A DNA stretch of 64,000 nt from Candidatus Poribacteria bacterium (GCA_965198235.1 OZ240248.1:1280001-1344000); one strand, 5' to 3'; shown: positions 1 to 9,642, counted from the first letter of the stretch. Notes: generated by a model from the letters alone, not told the origin. Numbers and translations are program-made.

Positions 1-34
1 ATTTTCCCTCAGTGGAGTCCTTCGTCCCCGCTGG

Positions 35-94
35 CGAGGTTTCTAACCTCGCCCTTTCCCCAACAGCGGTAGGTGCGGTTTCCTAACCGCACCG
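35..94. repeat. Two REP-like palindromes
   Basis: ggcgaggtt-tct-aacctcgcc and ggtgcggtt-tcct-aaccgcacc hairpins; the first recurs at ~56321-56343 (gggcgaggtttaaaacctcgccc). Confidence 0.6.
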
Positions 95-196
95 GATCAC
101 TTCATATCCCGTCCTCTGCTCCTTAGTGGTTCACTCGCTAAGAATTTGTGATATAATTCTCCTATCTATTGAATTGAAATGGAAAGGAGAATTTAG

Positions 197-721
197 ATGG
201 GCAAACGTATACATCACCTTCGGGAAGTCAGTGAAGCAGAAGTCTCACAACTAAGGATCCTGTCTAACTCACAGACAGACTCGTATCGGAGTGTGCAGCG
301 CGCCAAGTTGATAGTCAGCATGATTGATGATGACACACTGACAGCCTCTAAAGCCGCAAAGCAAGTTGGTTTCAAATCAGAGGTTTCCGGTGCGTATTGG
401 GTCAATCGGTTCAACGAAGAAGGTGTCAAAGGTCTTTCGGATAAACCGCGAAGTGGCAAACCGCAGACGCATTCAATGCGAGTGCGGAGTCAACTCATTG
501 ATTTAGCGATGCGCAAACCTCGTCGGCTAGGTTATCCCTTCGAGGTGTGGACGCTGAAACGACTGCAAAGTGCCTTCAAGGAAAGAGAAGGGGTTCATCT
601 CTCGGATTCGACGATATGGGAGTGGTTGAAAAACGAGGGGTTGCGTTGGAAGCGTCAACAGAGCTGGTTTGGTGATGCCGAAAAACACGACGAGGCGTTT
701 GTAGAAAAAAGGGGGCGATAA
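197..721 (+). CDS. IS630 transposase, N-terminal HTH part (joined to the downstream ORF by a -1 shift)
   Basis: Motifs [20 protein letters not shown] and WTLKRL; A6G5 run at 705-715 just before the stop. Confidence 0.85.
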   Translation: MGKRIHHLREVSEAEVSQLRILSNSQTDSYRSVQRAKLIVSMIDDDTLTASKAAKQVGFKSEVSGAYWVNRFNEEGVKGLSDKPRSGKPQTHSMRVRSQLIDLAMRKPRRLGYPFEVWTLKRLQSAFKEREGVHLSDSTIWEWLKNEGLRWKRQQSWFGDAEKHDEAFVEKRGR

Positions 722-774
722 TTGAGGCGTATACCAAGCGACCCCCTCAGACGCGTGTCATTTGTATTGACGAG

Positions 775-1338
775 ATGGGTCCGATAGCCGTGAAAACGTA
801 TCGGGGTGAGGTCTGGCAACCGGGTTTGAATCGTGCGACTTTTGAGCCGGACTACGGACGTAGAGGGAAAGTGTGGGTGCATGGCGCATTTGAACCGGCA
901 ACAGGTCAAGCGGAGATCGTGCTATCGCCTCGCAGAGACACAGCGAGTCATATTCAACTCATTGAGAAAGTGATAGATAAGTTTGCCTGCGAGAGGTGGT
1001 TACTCATTGAAGACAATCTTTCGACACATCACAGTCGTGATGTGAAGACAGCTTTATTAGCGTGGCCGGAGGTGCGGGTGCAGTTTATTCCGAAATATGC
1101 GTGTTGGTTGAACTTAATAGAACCTTGGTGGAAACAGTTGAGGTCTTTGGCATTGAAAGGTAGGCGATTTGAGACGCTGGATGAGTTGACCGATGCGCTC
1201 AACGGTGCCGTTTGTTGGTGGAATGCGCATAAATACCCTTACCGGTGGAAGAAAGAGCCGCAACAGCAACCCAGCTACAAGTTAGGTGCTTATGGGACTA
1301 GCATCGAAAAAAATATAACTCAACAACTTAGCGAGTGA
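775..1338 (+). CDS. IS630 transposase, DDE catalytic part
   Basis: DNLSTH and [14 protein letters not shown] motifs; the -1 frame is open from ~706 and carries the first catalytic Asp (VICIDE) upstream of the ATG. Confidence 0.85.
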   Translation: MGPIAVKTYRGEVWQPGLNRATFEPDYGRRGKVWVHGAFEPATGQAEIVLSPRRDTASHIQLIEKVIDKFACERWLLIEDNLSTHHSRDVKTALLAWPEVRVQFIPKYACWLNLIEPWWKQLRSLALKGRRFETLDELTDALNGAVCWWNAHKYPYRWKKEPQQQPSYKLGAYGTSIEKNITQQLSE

Positions 1339-1438
1339 ACCACTTAGTCCTGTAGGGACGATATGTTTATAGAAAAGCGTTTCCCGCTCCTCTTTGGTTT
1401 TCCATAGAGGTAGTATGCTTACAGGGTCTTTTCTATGA

Positions 1439-2293
1439 TCAATTTTCTTTGACTGGAATCGTATAACCGAATGCCTCCGATATCCTTGCTACAAAAGTCT
1501 TATCGTGTGGATCGACTGCCCGGTACCAGGCAATTAGGTAATCTGCAAGTTTGTCCGAAGAATTCGGTAATTTACGGATAGCGTTCCATCCATTAGGAAT
1601 CTTCTCGAAGATGGGTAGTAGCTGATATACTACCAACTTTTGATTATTTCTCTGCTCTCTTTCATCAATAGGACTTTCACGTAACTCATTTTCGCGTAAC
1701 GATAGCCAACTATGAAGGAATATGCCTTCGGGTAGCTGTGCTTCTTGATTATTAAGCAAGTTTTTCCAATAGTCCCTTAATGCCACTGCGTAATCAGTGC
1801 GCTTTGGGAATGCTGGATGAGTAAGCCATCGTTGGGCCATACGCCGAATGGTAAATACAGATGCGAGTTCACAAAGTGATTCATGAAACCAATTATTTGG
1901 ATTTTCTTTAAGGTTTTCATATCCCAACAGAACATGGCAAAATTCGTGAGCAAACTGGTACGCAAATTTGCACCAAAAATCATCTCGAGCAGAGATCCAG
2001 ATGGTATATGGTTCCTCTGGTGATGAACGATATAAAACCTTAGGATGATCGACTTGTGAAGGAACCACCTGAATTTTTTCATGAAAAGGAACCCAGAGCA
2101 ATCGGTTAATGTGAAAAGCGGTGTCTTGTAATAATGCAGCAATCTCGTTAGGTTGAATATTGCCCCAATCAGCCTGTGATACATGAAGTTGTATCTTAAG
2201 CATCTGCTTGTTTCCAGTCCGATGCACCTTAGTCTGCCTTTTTTTAGTTCGTTTTTTTGTGAGATGTCTAGCAGTGTCGCGTTTTTTAGCCAC
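1439..2293 (-). CDS. HExxH zinc metallopeptidase-like protein, last gene of the CBASS-strand run
   Basis: YQFAHEFCH plus downstream WFHESLCE; AGGAGG Shine-Dalgarno before GTG; basic N-terminal tail. Confidence 0.7.
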   Translation of the reverse strand: MAKKRDTARHLTKKRTKKRQTKVHRTGNKQMLKIQLHVSQADWGNIQPNEIAALLQDTAFHINRLLWVPFHEKIQVVPSQVDHPKVLYRSSPEEPYTIWISARDDFWCKFAYQFAHEFCHVLLGYENLKENPNNWFHESLCELASVFTIRRMAQRWLTHPAFPKRTDYAVALRDYWKNLLNNQEAQLPEGIFLHSWLSLRENELRESPIDEREQRNNQKLVVYQLLPIFEKIPNGWNAIRKLPNSSDKLADYLIAWYRAVDPHDKTFVARISEAFGYTIPVKEN

Positions 2294-2339
2294 TACATTT
2301 CCTCCTATCGAAACATACCACGTTACTAATGGATGCTTG

Positions 2340-3059
2340 TTAGGGGTTACTTCCCTTTAGGAGCAGTCTTAGAAATTCATCCTCATTGAAGTGACATTCT
2401 TTGTACTTCTTGCCGCTTCGACACGAACACGATCTGTTCAGATAATGTTTTATAGGTTCAACGTCGTTGAAGTGACATCTTTTGTACTTCTTGCCACTAC
2501 CACAAGGACATAAGTCGTTTCTACCGAGATTGGACTTCGCGTAATTGATCATTTCAGCAAAGTACTCTTTGATCCCTTCGGCACCATGCGAGTACTCTTC
2601 CCAATGGTCATTGCTACTTATATCAGTTCCAAATTTTTCCACGTAAGAAAGACGGTAAAGAAATGGAATCACGCGTTCGTGAAAGAAGGGTTCAATTCTA
2701 AAGGTTCGGTTATCGGGGGATTTAATACCTAGGCAACAACTATTATCCTCCGGATTGATGTGCAAATCAATAATCTCACTATTACAATTTTCAGCGATTT
2801 CTTGATACCTTTTGCCGACTTCATACACTTTCGGCCATCCGTTCATATCTAAGTCGCCTAAGCAAATCTCAACTTCGTAAACGTCGCGAATCAAGAAATC
2901 CATTTCATCAGCAAGATTACCAATTATTACTTCCTGTGATTTGTCATCGTACGCAGCACAGAAATCGAGTTCACCTACGATTTTTTGGGATTTTTCGTCG
3001 TATTGTAGGTTAGGAAAATGCACTTTTAACCATTGGATTTCATCATTGTTGATCTTCAT
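2340..3059 (-). CDS. CBASS-associated E2 (UBC-like) protein with two SEC-C Zn motifs
   Basis: PKVYE...HINPEDNSCCL (E2-like His/Cys), EYSHG, RNDLCPCGSGKKYKRCH plus a second CSCRSGKKYKECH; ATG 7 nt after the CD-NTase stop. Confidence 0.7.
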   Translation of the reverse strand: MKINNDEIQWLKVHFPNLQYDEKSQKIVGELDFCAAYDDKSQEVIIGNLADEMDFLIRDVYEVEICLGDLDMNGWPKVYEVGKRYQEIAENCNSEIIDLHINPEDNSCCLGIKSPDNRTFRIEPFFHERVIPFLYRLSYVEKFGTDISSNDHWEEYSHGAEGIKEYFAEMINYAKSNLGRNDLCPCGSGKKYKRCHFNDVEPIKHYLNRSCSCRSGKKYKECHFNEDEFLRLLLKGSNP

Positions 3060-3066
3060 AGCAAAA

Positions 3067-4035
3067 TCACCTTGCGTATAACTTCGGAGCACTTACTATT
3101 ACCGGAGCAGATTTCTTATTCCCGTTATCGTCTTTAAGTTCTCCGAAATTCTCACCAAACAACTTTCTCCACTTTCTGACGCTGGTATTGTGATCTTTGG
3201 CATCAAAAGCTTCGTTTATCTTAGAGTTGTAAAGATCGAACATTTCCCGGAAATGACGATATTTGTCTTGGTCCCAATGTCTGGTGAAACTTTCTGTGGA
3301 TAGGACTGGATTGCAAATTTCGGGCATTGAGATATTAGCCTGCAAAAAATTGTTTATCCGGTTTGAAATCGTTTTTAAAGACGTTGGAATGTCCTTAAAA
3401 TCTTCGCCCCATTCGTCACTGGAATAAACGCTGTTCCCAATGAGCGTGGTCAGGAGGATTGATTTCACGGAAAAGTTTCCTTTATGGTCACGAAGAAATT
3501 TTAACAACCGCGTATCCCGCTTTAGGTTTCCATTGGTGATTCTCGTTTTCTCGTTGAACCAATCTCTATAACCGGTGCCGTCGGTGAGTTCAAATTTATT
3601 TTCCTTGTTATTGCATATAAAATACTCTTCCTCTTGCGTAAGCCAATTCTGTTGTGTAATACATGGCACAAGATCTAGGTGAAAGTCGCCGGCATAATCG
3701 ATATAGACACATCTGGTTCTTCTATGTACCTTATCCTTATAATTGTCGTTTCCTTTCAAACAATCATAGACATCATTGATGTAGTCCTTCGGTTCTTTCT
3801 CCTCATCGTACGCCATGTACAAGAGTAGATCTGCGTCATATTCACGGGTGCCGACCGGTTTGATGATTGTTTTCAAACCGTAAGATCCTTGTCGTTCCGT
3901 TTTTTCGTATAAATCTAAATTTCCGCTCAGGAACGTATCCACAGCTGAGGAACTACTATCCAATCTTTGAAGTCTCGTTGGATTGAGGTTAACCTCTTCG
4001 GAAAGGAAATCTTGGAAATACGTTATATGCTTCAT
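3067..4035 (-). CDS. CD-NTase 2 (cGAS/DncV-like SMODS nucleotidyltransferase), intact
   Basis: QGSY...EYDAD and FHLDLVP catalytic motifs, SILLTTL, NPVLSTESF; AGGAG Shine-Dalgarno. Confidence 0.88.
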   Translation of the reverse strand: MKHITYFQDFLSEEVNLNPTRLQRLDSSSSAVDTFLSGNLDLYEKTERQGSYGLKTIIKPVGTREYDADLLLYMAYDEEKEPKDYINDVYDCLKGNDNYKDKVHRRTRCVYIDYAGDFHLDLVPCITQQNWLTQEEEYFICNNKENKFELTDGTGYRDWFNEKTRITNGNLKRDTRLLKFLRDHKGNFSVKSILLTTLIGNSVYSSDEWGEDFKDIPTSLKTISNRINNFLQANISMPEICNPVLSTESFTRHWDQDKYRHFREMFDLYNSKINEAFDAKDHNTSVRKWRKLFGENFGELKDDNGNKKSAPVIVSAPKLYAR

Positions 4036-4133
4036 TGGTCTATTTCTCCTTGTCTATCAGACTGAATAAAAAAATTAAAAATTCACATAAAATCTGTCGC
4101 TATCCGATTTTTGGATGTTAACGGGGCTAATTT

Positions 4134-5078
4134 TCATTTGTGCAATTTGTGAAAAGGCTTAAATGATTCAGCAGGATTACCCAAAAAAACCTCGCGAAGT
4201 TTAGGCAACTCATGGCGCGCTTGAAAAGCCCCCATACCTTTCAAGGAGTCAATTTCCTCTATTCCATCCAAACTAAATTTTCCTTCGGACACGTCTTCGT
4301 CAACTCTGATAACATTATCATGTCCTGCAAGAAGTTGTGCTGTTCCGAAAGACGCACTGGATTGGGCATGCATGAATACGTCAAAAAGCTTGAATGCCCA
4401 GTATGGTTTACCGAGTGGAGTTCTTCTTCCTTTGTTAACATTAAGTGGCTCGGTCGTGCAACCTAAACTCAAGACCTTCAGAGAATTCCTCGGCCAGTCA
4501 AGCACTGTAATTGCCTCAACAACAGCCATCCCTACGGGATTATTTGCCCATATGCCTCCATCTATCAAAGGGATTCCAACGGACGACTGATGAGTGGGAA
4601 AGTAAGTTGGAGCAGCTGCCGTTGCCAAAGCTACATCAACTACCCTTTCCTTATAGTCCATTTCTAATCGTGGATGATGAGCTGTTTTGTAGATGTAAAC
4701 TTTGCCATTTTCGAGATTTAACGACGGAATGACAAGTCGTTTTTTGCTATCACCTAATTTCTTATCACCAAAACAGGTTTCTAATGCCTTTTGAAGCGGG
4801 GCACTACTGTACTTGGTAGTACCCGGCCACCTGAACCAACGGTTTCCGTTGGTTCCACCAAAGATGACGGGACCAAATTCTTCGTAAAATGTCAATATTT
4901 CCTTAGCGGATAATCCCAATCCGAGCCCCAAAGCGATAATTCCACCTGTAGAGGTGCCGACGATCAGATCGAAATAATCTGCTATATTGCCTTCGATTGA
5001 ATTATCAACAGTAGCGAGAAAAGATGCTGGGCATACACCCTTAATCCCTCCCCCGTCGATTGTTAGGATACGTTTCAT
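4134..5078 (-). CDS. Patatin-like phospholipase CBASS effector (CapV/CapE type)
   Basis: DGGGIKG, GTSTG and DGG motifs; start set at ATG 5078 with AAGGAGG. Confidence 0.9.
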   Translation of the reverse strand: MKRILTIDGGGIKGVCPASFLATVDNSIEGNIADYFDLIVGTSTGGIIALGLGLGLSAKEILTFYEEFGPVIFGGTNGNRWFRWPGTTKYSSAPLQKALETCFGDKKLGDSKKRLVIPSLNLENGKVYIYKTAHHPRLEMDYKERVVDVALATAAAPTYFPTHQSSVGIPLIDGGIWANNPVGMAVVEAITVLDWPRNSLKVLSLGCTTEPLNVNKGRRTPLGKPYWAFKLFDVFMHAQSSASFGTAQLLAGHDNVIRVDEDVSEGKFSLDGIEEIDSLKGMGAFQARHELPKLREVFLGNPAESFKPFHKLHK

Positions 5079-5157
5079 TGTGCCCTCCTTAATTCCGAAA
5101 AAATTACTTTCTGTTTTTACTTGAAAGTTGTTTTCTGATACAATGTTTTCATAGGTA

Positions 5158-6327
5158 TTAGTTAATTTTGAGCACCCTTCTGAATCTATCCTGACTATCA
5201 TCATATTCATATACGAAAATCTCAGGATCTGATTTTGGCAGAAGAACCCGACCACACTCAACTGCAATTGGTGCTGGAACTGCTGGGATAATAGAGATTT
5301 GGCAAGAGTCTCCATGCGTAGATTGAATCTCGTTCAGCAATTTCCTGTATTCGCGACTGAACCCTTCTAACTGTTTACGGGATTTCAAAAAATATATAGA
5401 AGGTTCTTCAATAGTTATCTCATAAATGCTAAAACCTTCCGATTCCAACCTTTCATACCGATCACTATCAATTTTGTCACTTAGAGACAATACGACTGCA
5501 ACGTTTCTGCTGTTCTTATTGGTGTGATGAGAATTCACGACATAGCACGTTTCTGTGTCTTGTTCCTCCTCCGACCAAGACCAAGTTTGGTTTGTGTCAT
5601 CAATATTTCTGTGTGACTGGTATAAATCTGCTGGAACAGTATCACCTATGCACTTTCCCAAGAACATTAATAGAGGCATGGGACCAATGGCGAATACGGA
5701 AAGGTGTTTAATCTTTTTTTCATCTATTCCTTCCTCAAAGGACCACTTAACTTTTCGCTGAATCTCACTCGCAAAAGCCTGCCAGTACTCTGCATCGTTG
5801 TGACCATTAAAATTGTTCTTGGCGATACTAATTCCTTTTTCATCAGTCGGATATTTGGGAAACATTGCATTACGATATGCCTCGGGGTTAATCGGAACAA
5901 TTCTATCACCTATATTCACGGAGAATAATAGGACGGTAGATTTGTGAATATCCTCTGGATATCTGGTTTGAATTTCAATTCTAACCTCATGCTTCCATTT
6001 CCACTCGCTCAACAACTCTGGTGGATATTTGTCGGGTTTATCATCAATTTCCTTATGGCATTGTTGGCACAGCAGCATGAGATTAGAGAATTCAATTTGT
6101 AGATTCGCAGACTCTTCATTGCCTCTTGGACCGTCTTGACTCACGGGAATGATATGAGCTACCTCCCCAAAATTTCCATCGGTTAACGTCAGGTCATTAC
6201 GCCAAACAAGTTTGTTACAGCCACTAAATTCACAACGCCCTGCTGATTTCCCAAACAATTTCAACTTAGTATGTAGGGGAACATTTTTACGGGTAATCTT
6301 GGGTTTTACATTTCTTCTAATAGTCAT
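5158..6327 (-). CDS. HNH-SAVED nuclease CBASS effector (Cap5 type)
   Basis: GRCEFSGC...EVAHII...NLMLLCQQCHKEID HNH domain; SAVED-like HLSVFAIGPMPLLMFLG and PAVPAPIAVECGR. Confidence 0.88.
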   Translation of the reverse strand: MTIRRNVKPKITRKNVPLHTKLKLFGKSAGRCEFSGCNKLVWRNDLTLTDGNFGEVAHIIPVSQDGPRGNEESANLQIEFSNLMLLCQQCHKEIDDKPDKYPPELLSEWKWKHEVRIEIQTRYPEDIHKSTVLLFSVNIGDRIVPINPEAYRNAMFPKYPTDEKGISIAKNNFNGHNDAEYWQAFASEIQRKVKWSFEEGIDEKKIKHLSVFAIGPMPLLMFLGKCIGDTVPADLYQSHRNIDDTNQTWSWSEEEQDTETCYVVNSHHTNKNSRNVAVVLSLSDKIDSDRYERLESEGFSIYEITIEEPSIYFLKSRKQLEGFSREYRKLLNEIQSTHGDSCQISIIPAVPAPIAVECGRVLLPKSDPEIFVYEYDDSQDRFRRVLKIN

Positions 6328-6435
6328 GGGTTCGATCTCCTTATTTCCTATTATGATAGAGTTAGATTCTAACTATTCGTTGGATGATGCTAATGCTTGT
6401 GATTTGAATGATACGTAGACCTAACAGGCTTACCT

Positions 6436-7098
6436 CTAAGGTCTCCGACGAGTTATAGCATCAGGTGTTGTTTCCCTTATACGCCGTTTTACAGCTTCAA
6501 CTTGATCCATGTGGCATTTTTTATACTTTTTGTCGCTTCCACAAGGACATAAATCGTTTCTGTTAGGTTGGTGCTTTGCTAAATTTAACATTTCAACTTC
6601 ATATTCTGCCCGCCCTTTTTCGCCATGGGAATATTCGCCCCAAAGGTCATTACGGCTAGCGTCAATCCCAAATTTCTCTGTGTAAGAGAGTTGATAAAAA
6701 AATGGAATTACTAATTCAGGAAGGAAATCTTTGATGTGAAAATTCCTGTTACCCCCGTATTTGAGACTTAAGCAACACGTACTGTCATCTGGGTTAATGT
6801 GTAAATCTATGACTTCAACGTTGCACTTTTTTGCAATTTGATGATACCGTCCACCGACCTCATAAACCTTTGGCCATCCGTTTTCATCTAAATTGGCCAA
6901 GTGGATTTCAATCTCGAAAACGTCATAAATAAATCGCGCCATTTCTCTGGCATGGTCACCAATTCTCAACTCTCCTGACTCCCTATTATACGCTGTACGG
7001 ATGTCAAGTTCCCCTACGATTTTTGAGGAACTTGACTCGTATTGTAAACCCGGGAGATGTGACTCTAACCATTCGATTTCGTTAGCGGTTAGTTTCAT
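6436..7098 (-). CDS. CBASS-associated E2 (UBC-like) protein with SEC-C motif, paralog of 2340-3059
   Basis: Shares KIVGELD, NGWPKVYEVG, DLHINP-CCL, EYSHG and RNDLCPCGS with the paralog; ATG 8 nt after the CD-NTase 1 stop. Confidence 0.7.
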   Translation of the reverse strand: MKLTANEIEWLESHLPGLQYESSSSKIVGELDIRTAYNRESGELRIGDHAREMARFIYDVFEIEIHLANLDENGWPKVYEVGGRYHQIAKKCNVEVIDLHINPDDSTCCLSLKYGGNRNFHIKDFLPELVIPFFYQLSYTEKFGIDASRNDLWGEYSHGEKGRAEYEVEMLNLAKHQPNRNDLCPCGSDKKYKKCHMDQVEAVKRRIRETTPDAITRRRP

Positions 7099-7741
7099 GG
7101 CTGAAATTACCGTGCATAGGATTTACTGGGCACTACTGTTGCTGACAGAGTAGAGGCAGGACGACTTATTCTGTCGGGAACGCCTCGTAGTCCCTCATTG
7201 ATAGCTTGCTCACCCAAGCAAGGTTTTAGTGATTTTCCAACACTCTGAATATCACTCATGCCTAAAGCTTGGGTCAGATCATACTGTGCCTGCTTAAGCC
7301 ATTCCATGAAACACGTTTTTCGAATCGGATACTCTTGCCATTTGTCGGCGAAGTTTTCAAGTGGATTCACCGGATTACGTATAAGTGCCACATCATTGTT
7401 AGAATACTCAATATGACACGGCATTTCTGTGACAATCTTCAACAAAGCTTTTTGAAGATCTGCCTCATTGTCGTAGGCGTGGGCAGCGAGTGTTGTGATG
7501 ATGATAGAGATCGGTTTTGCATTTTTGTCATAGACTGATTGGTTCTTGTCAAACCAGATATCGCGGTGCCGCTTCAATATCTGAATTGACCGCTGAAGTG
7601 GGGTCTTCACTTTATATTCCGGAACATCATCAACCTGTCTTTGGATTAGGGACTTTTGAATGGCGTCGAACCTTGTTTGCATGCGACTTTGAAACCATTC
7701 TGTGAAGTGCATACGCTTATTTAGACCACAATTTCGCAAAG

Positions 7742-8581
7742 TTAAGATAAGGTTTGTCGTTGAAATTCCATAGGAGTCAAATACCCTAACGCCGAATGCG
7801 GGCGTTTCTGATGATACACCTGTGTGATAAAATGTCCGATGCGATCTCTCGCCTCGGTGATGCTTTGATAGTCATTGATGTGAACTTCTTCCTCTTTGAG
7901 CGTGCGAATGAGTCTTTCCGCATATCCGTTCTCCCAAGGCCGTCCGCGCTGTGCGACGGAAATCTCAACGCCATGTTCTTGGAGCGTTGTGATGTAGGCA
8001 CTTGAAAGATACTGCACGCCTTGATCGGAATGATGAATCTCAGGGACGCTGTGGCGTAATGCTTCTTTGAGCGGTTTGAGCGTCAGAGATTGGTTCAAGT
8101 GCTGACTGATCTGCCAAGCTTTGATGATTCGGGTGAAAACATCCATGAGCAGGCAGACATAGATGAAACGTCCATTGAGACGAACATAGGTAATATCAGA
8201 CACCCAGACCTGATCCTGACGAGAGACCTCAAGGGTTTCGAGCAGGTTGCTCCAAGGTTTTTCACCCTGAAGCGATTTTGTTGTTTGACACGCACGCTTG
8301 ACAGTGACCAAAAGATTCCTATTTTTCATCAATCGTGCGACGCGTCGGGTCCCAACGGTGTGTCCCATACGCAGTAGCAACTGCGTGATACGCCTATACC
8401 CGTATCTCGGATACCGTCCCGCAAGCGTCTCTATTTCCGATCGTAGCAGATCTTCGGACGGATCCTCTTGGGGGTGATAATAGAAACTGCTGCGGTTGAA
8501 ACCGAGTGTTTCACAAATCTCTCGCACGGAATACTCCTTGTGCAATGCCGAAATGAGGCTTCGCTTTTCGGATAAGGTCAT
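7742..8581 (-). CDS. IS3 transposase OrfB (rve integrase/DDE)
   Basis: YGYRRI, WVSDITY, HHSDQGVQY, ENGYAER, RPHSALGY; ATGA overlap with OrfA and an A8G slippery run at 8598-8606. Confidence 0.92.
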   Translation of the reverse strand: MTLSEKRSLISALHKEYSVREICETLGFNRSSFYYHPQEDPSEDLLRSEIETLAGRYPRYGYRRITQLLLRMGHTVGTRRVARLMKNRNLLVTVKRACQTTKSLQGEKPWSNLLETLEVSRQDQVWVSDITYVRLNGRFIYVCLLMDVFTRIIKAWQISQHLNQSLTLKPLKEALRHSVPEIHHSDQGVQYLSSAYITTLQEHGVEISVAQRGRPWENGYAERLIRTLKEEEVHINDYQSITEARDRIGHFITQVYHQKRPHSALGYLTPMEFQRQTLS

Positions 8582-8865
8582 TTCAACCAATCCAAAGCTT
8601 TTTTTTGGATGTCTAATGCCACGGTTAATCTCCCAACAAGCTGCTCAAGATGGGCGATACGCTTCTCGGAAACCTCACTCGACTGCTTATCAGTAGAGTC
8701 AAACAGCGTCGACGCATTTTCAAGCAACTGTCGCTTCCACTGTGAGAGTTGATTTTCGTTGAGATTATGTCGTCGACACACTTCTGCTTGGGAAGTCGCA
8801 CCGCTGAGGACTTCAAGAACAACTTCAGCTTTAAACTCAGGCGTGAATTTTCTTCGTTTCGCCAT
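8578..8865 (-). CDS. IS3 transposase OrfA (HTH)
   Basis: MAKRRKFTPEFKAEVV...QLSQWKRQ; AAGGAG Shine-Dalgarno. Confidence 0.9.
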   Translation of the reverse strand: MAKRRKFTPEFKAEVVLEVLSGATSQAEVCRRHNLNENQLSQWKRQLLENASTLFDSTDKQSSEVSEKRIAHLEQLVGRLTVALDIQKKALDWLK

Positions 8866-9502
8866 CGGATAACTCCTTTCTAATGAGATTGTATTGTAGC
8901 ACAATCTTCCTTTAGGGAGTGGTCTAAAAAACCGTAGGCAGTACACTGCATACCCTTTTGGATTACTATGGGGCCAATCAAGGTCGATCTTACAGTAGTT
9001 AGGTAGCGTATTATCCGTAATTGCAATTACTAAATCTGACCAGTTAGAGGGTGAGTAACCTCTTGATTTAAGGGATAGTTTGAATGGTTCAGCGTCTGGG
9101 ATCGCAGGCAATATATCCGCGTGGAACTGAGCACCATCTGCGTAATTCAGTGTCCAGCAGCGTCTGCTCTCTTCCGGTCGGGAATTCATGTTGTTAGCAT
9201 GGGCATAAGACTTGATTTCATGACCAACTAAATACTTTAGTCTTTCTTGGCTGACTTCAGTTTTTTGAAGGCTCAACTCGCTGACAAGGTCTATGTCATA
9301 CTCCTCAGCACCAGAAATGGGTTTTGTAACCGTGCCAATCAGAAAAGAACCTTGTGGATAAATATCAGGACTATAGCAAGTAACTATAGATTCATCCCGT
9401 TCGAGCCATGCACCAATGGATTCGTAGCGTTTTACGGCTTGTTCATAGTGATGTTCGGGGATGTCCAATGCTTCAGATATAGCCTCAAGTAGTGAGGTGA
9501 AA

Positions 9503-9598
9503 TTATACATGGGAGAATTCTCCTTCATTTTTAGGTTGGTTCGCGAGAGTGCGAACTCGATTATCATGAGTGGATTGGTTTCTACTTTGCCAGTTCAT
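9503..9598 (-). CDS. 31-aa leader ORF overlapping the CD-NTase 1 start
   Basis: AGGAGG (9606-9611) 7 nt before ATG; MNWQSRNQSTHDNRVRTLANQPKNEGEFSHV*; its last codons overlap ATG 9510. Confidence 0.45.
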   Translation of the reverse strand: MNWQSRNQSTHDNRVRTLANQPKNEGEFSHV

Positions 9599-9642
9599 TG
9601 CAAATCCTCCTATTTGATATTGTAGGAAAGATATATGTGTAT

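Larger units (their letters stand above)
126..1343 (+). mobile_element. IS630-family insertion sequence
   Basis: Perfect 17-bp terminal inverted repeats gtggttcactcgctaag (126-142) / cttagcgagtgaaccac (1327-1343), flanked by TTA on both sides; encloses HTH and DDE ORFs. Confidence 0.9.
7703..8945 (-). mobile_element. IS3-family insertion sequence (1243 bp)
   Basis: TG...CA ends, 27-bp imperfect inverted repeats (22/27 match), 3-bp target duplication CTG at 7700-7702 and 8946-8948. Confidence 0.93.
7107..9510 (-). pseudogene. CD-NTase 1 interrupted by an IS3-family element
   Basis: N-part 9510-8946 (PQGSF, EYDIDL, FHADILP, SNPKGYA) and C-part 7699-7107 (EWF, TPLQRSIQILKRHRD, PISIIITTL, NPVNPLENFADKW); removing the IS and one CTG restores ...GYA-EWF... 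as a 385-aa ORF. Confidence 0.92.

Noticed and set aside
126-1343. IS630 as the mobiliser of repeat family A
   Set aside because: Both sit at TTA/TAA-like sites, but their terminal sequences are unrelated.
5079-5315. N-terminal extension of the patatin ORF
   Set aside because: Overlaps the SAVED gene; a strong Shine-Dalgarno precedes ATG 5078.
2340-7098. SEC-C proteins as SecA fragments, or the paralog pair as template/variable repeats of a diversity-generating retroelement
   Set aside because: No SecA ATPase domains; no reverse transcriptase; divergence is not adenine-specific.
8578-9567. 329-aa ORF as a natural nucleotidyltransferase-HTH gene
   Set aside because: It is the cyclase N-half running into IS3 OrfA; the IS ends and the CTG duplication explain it.
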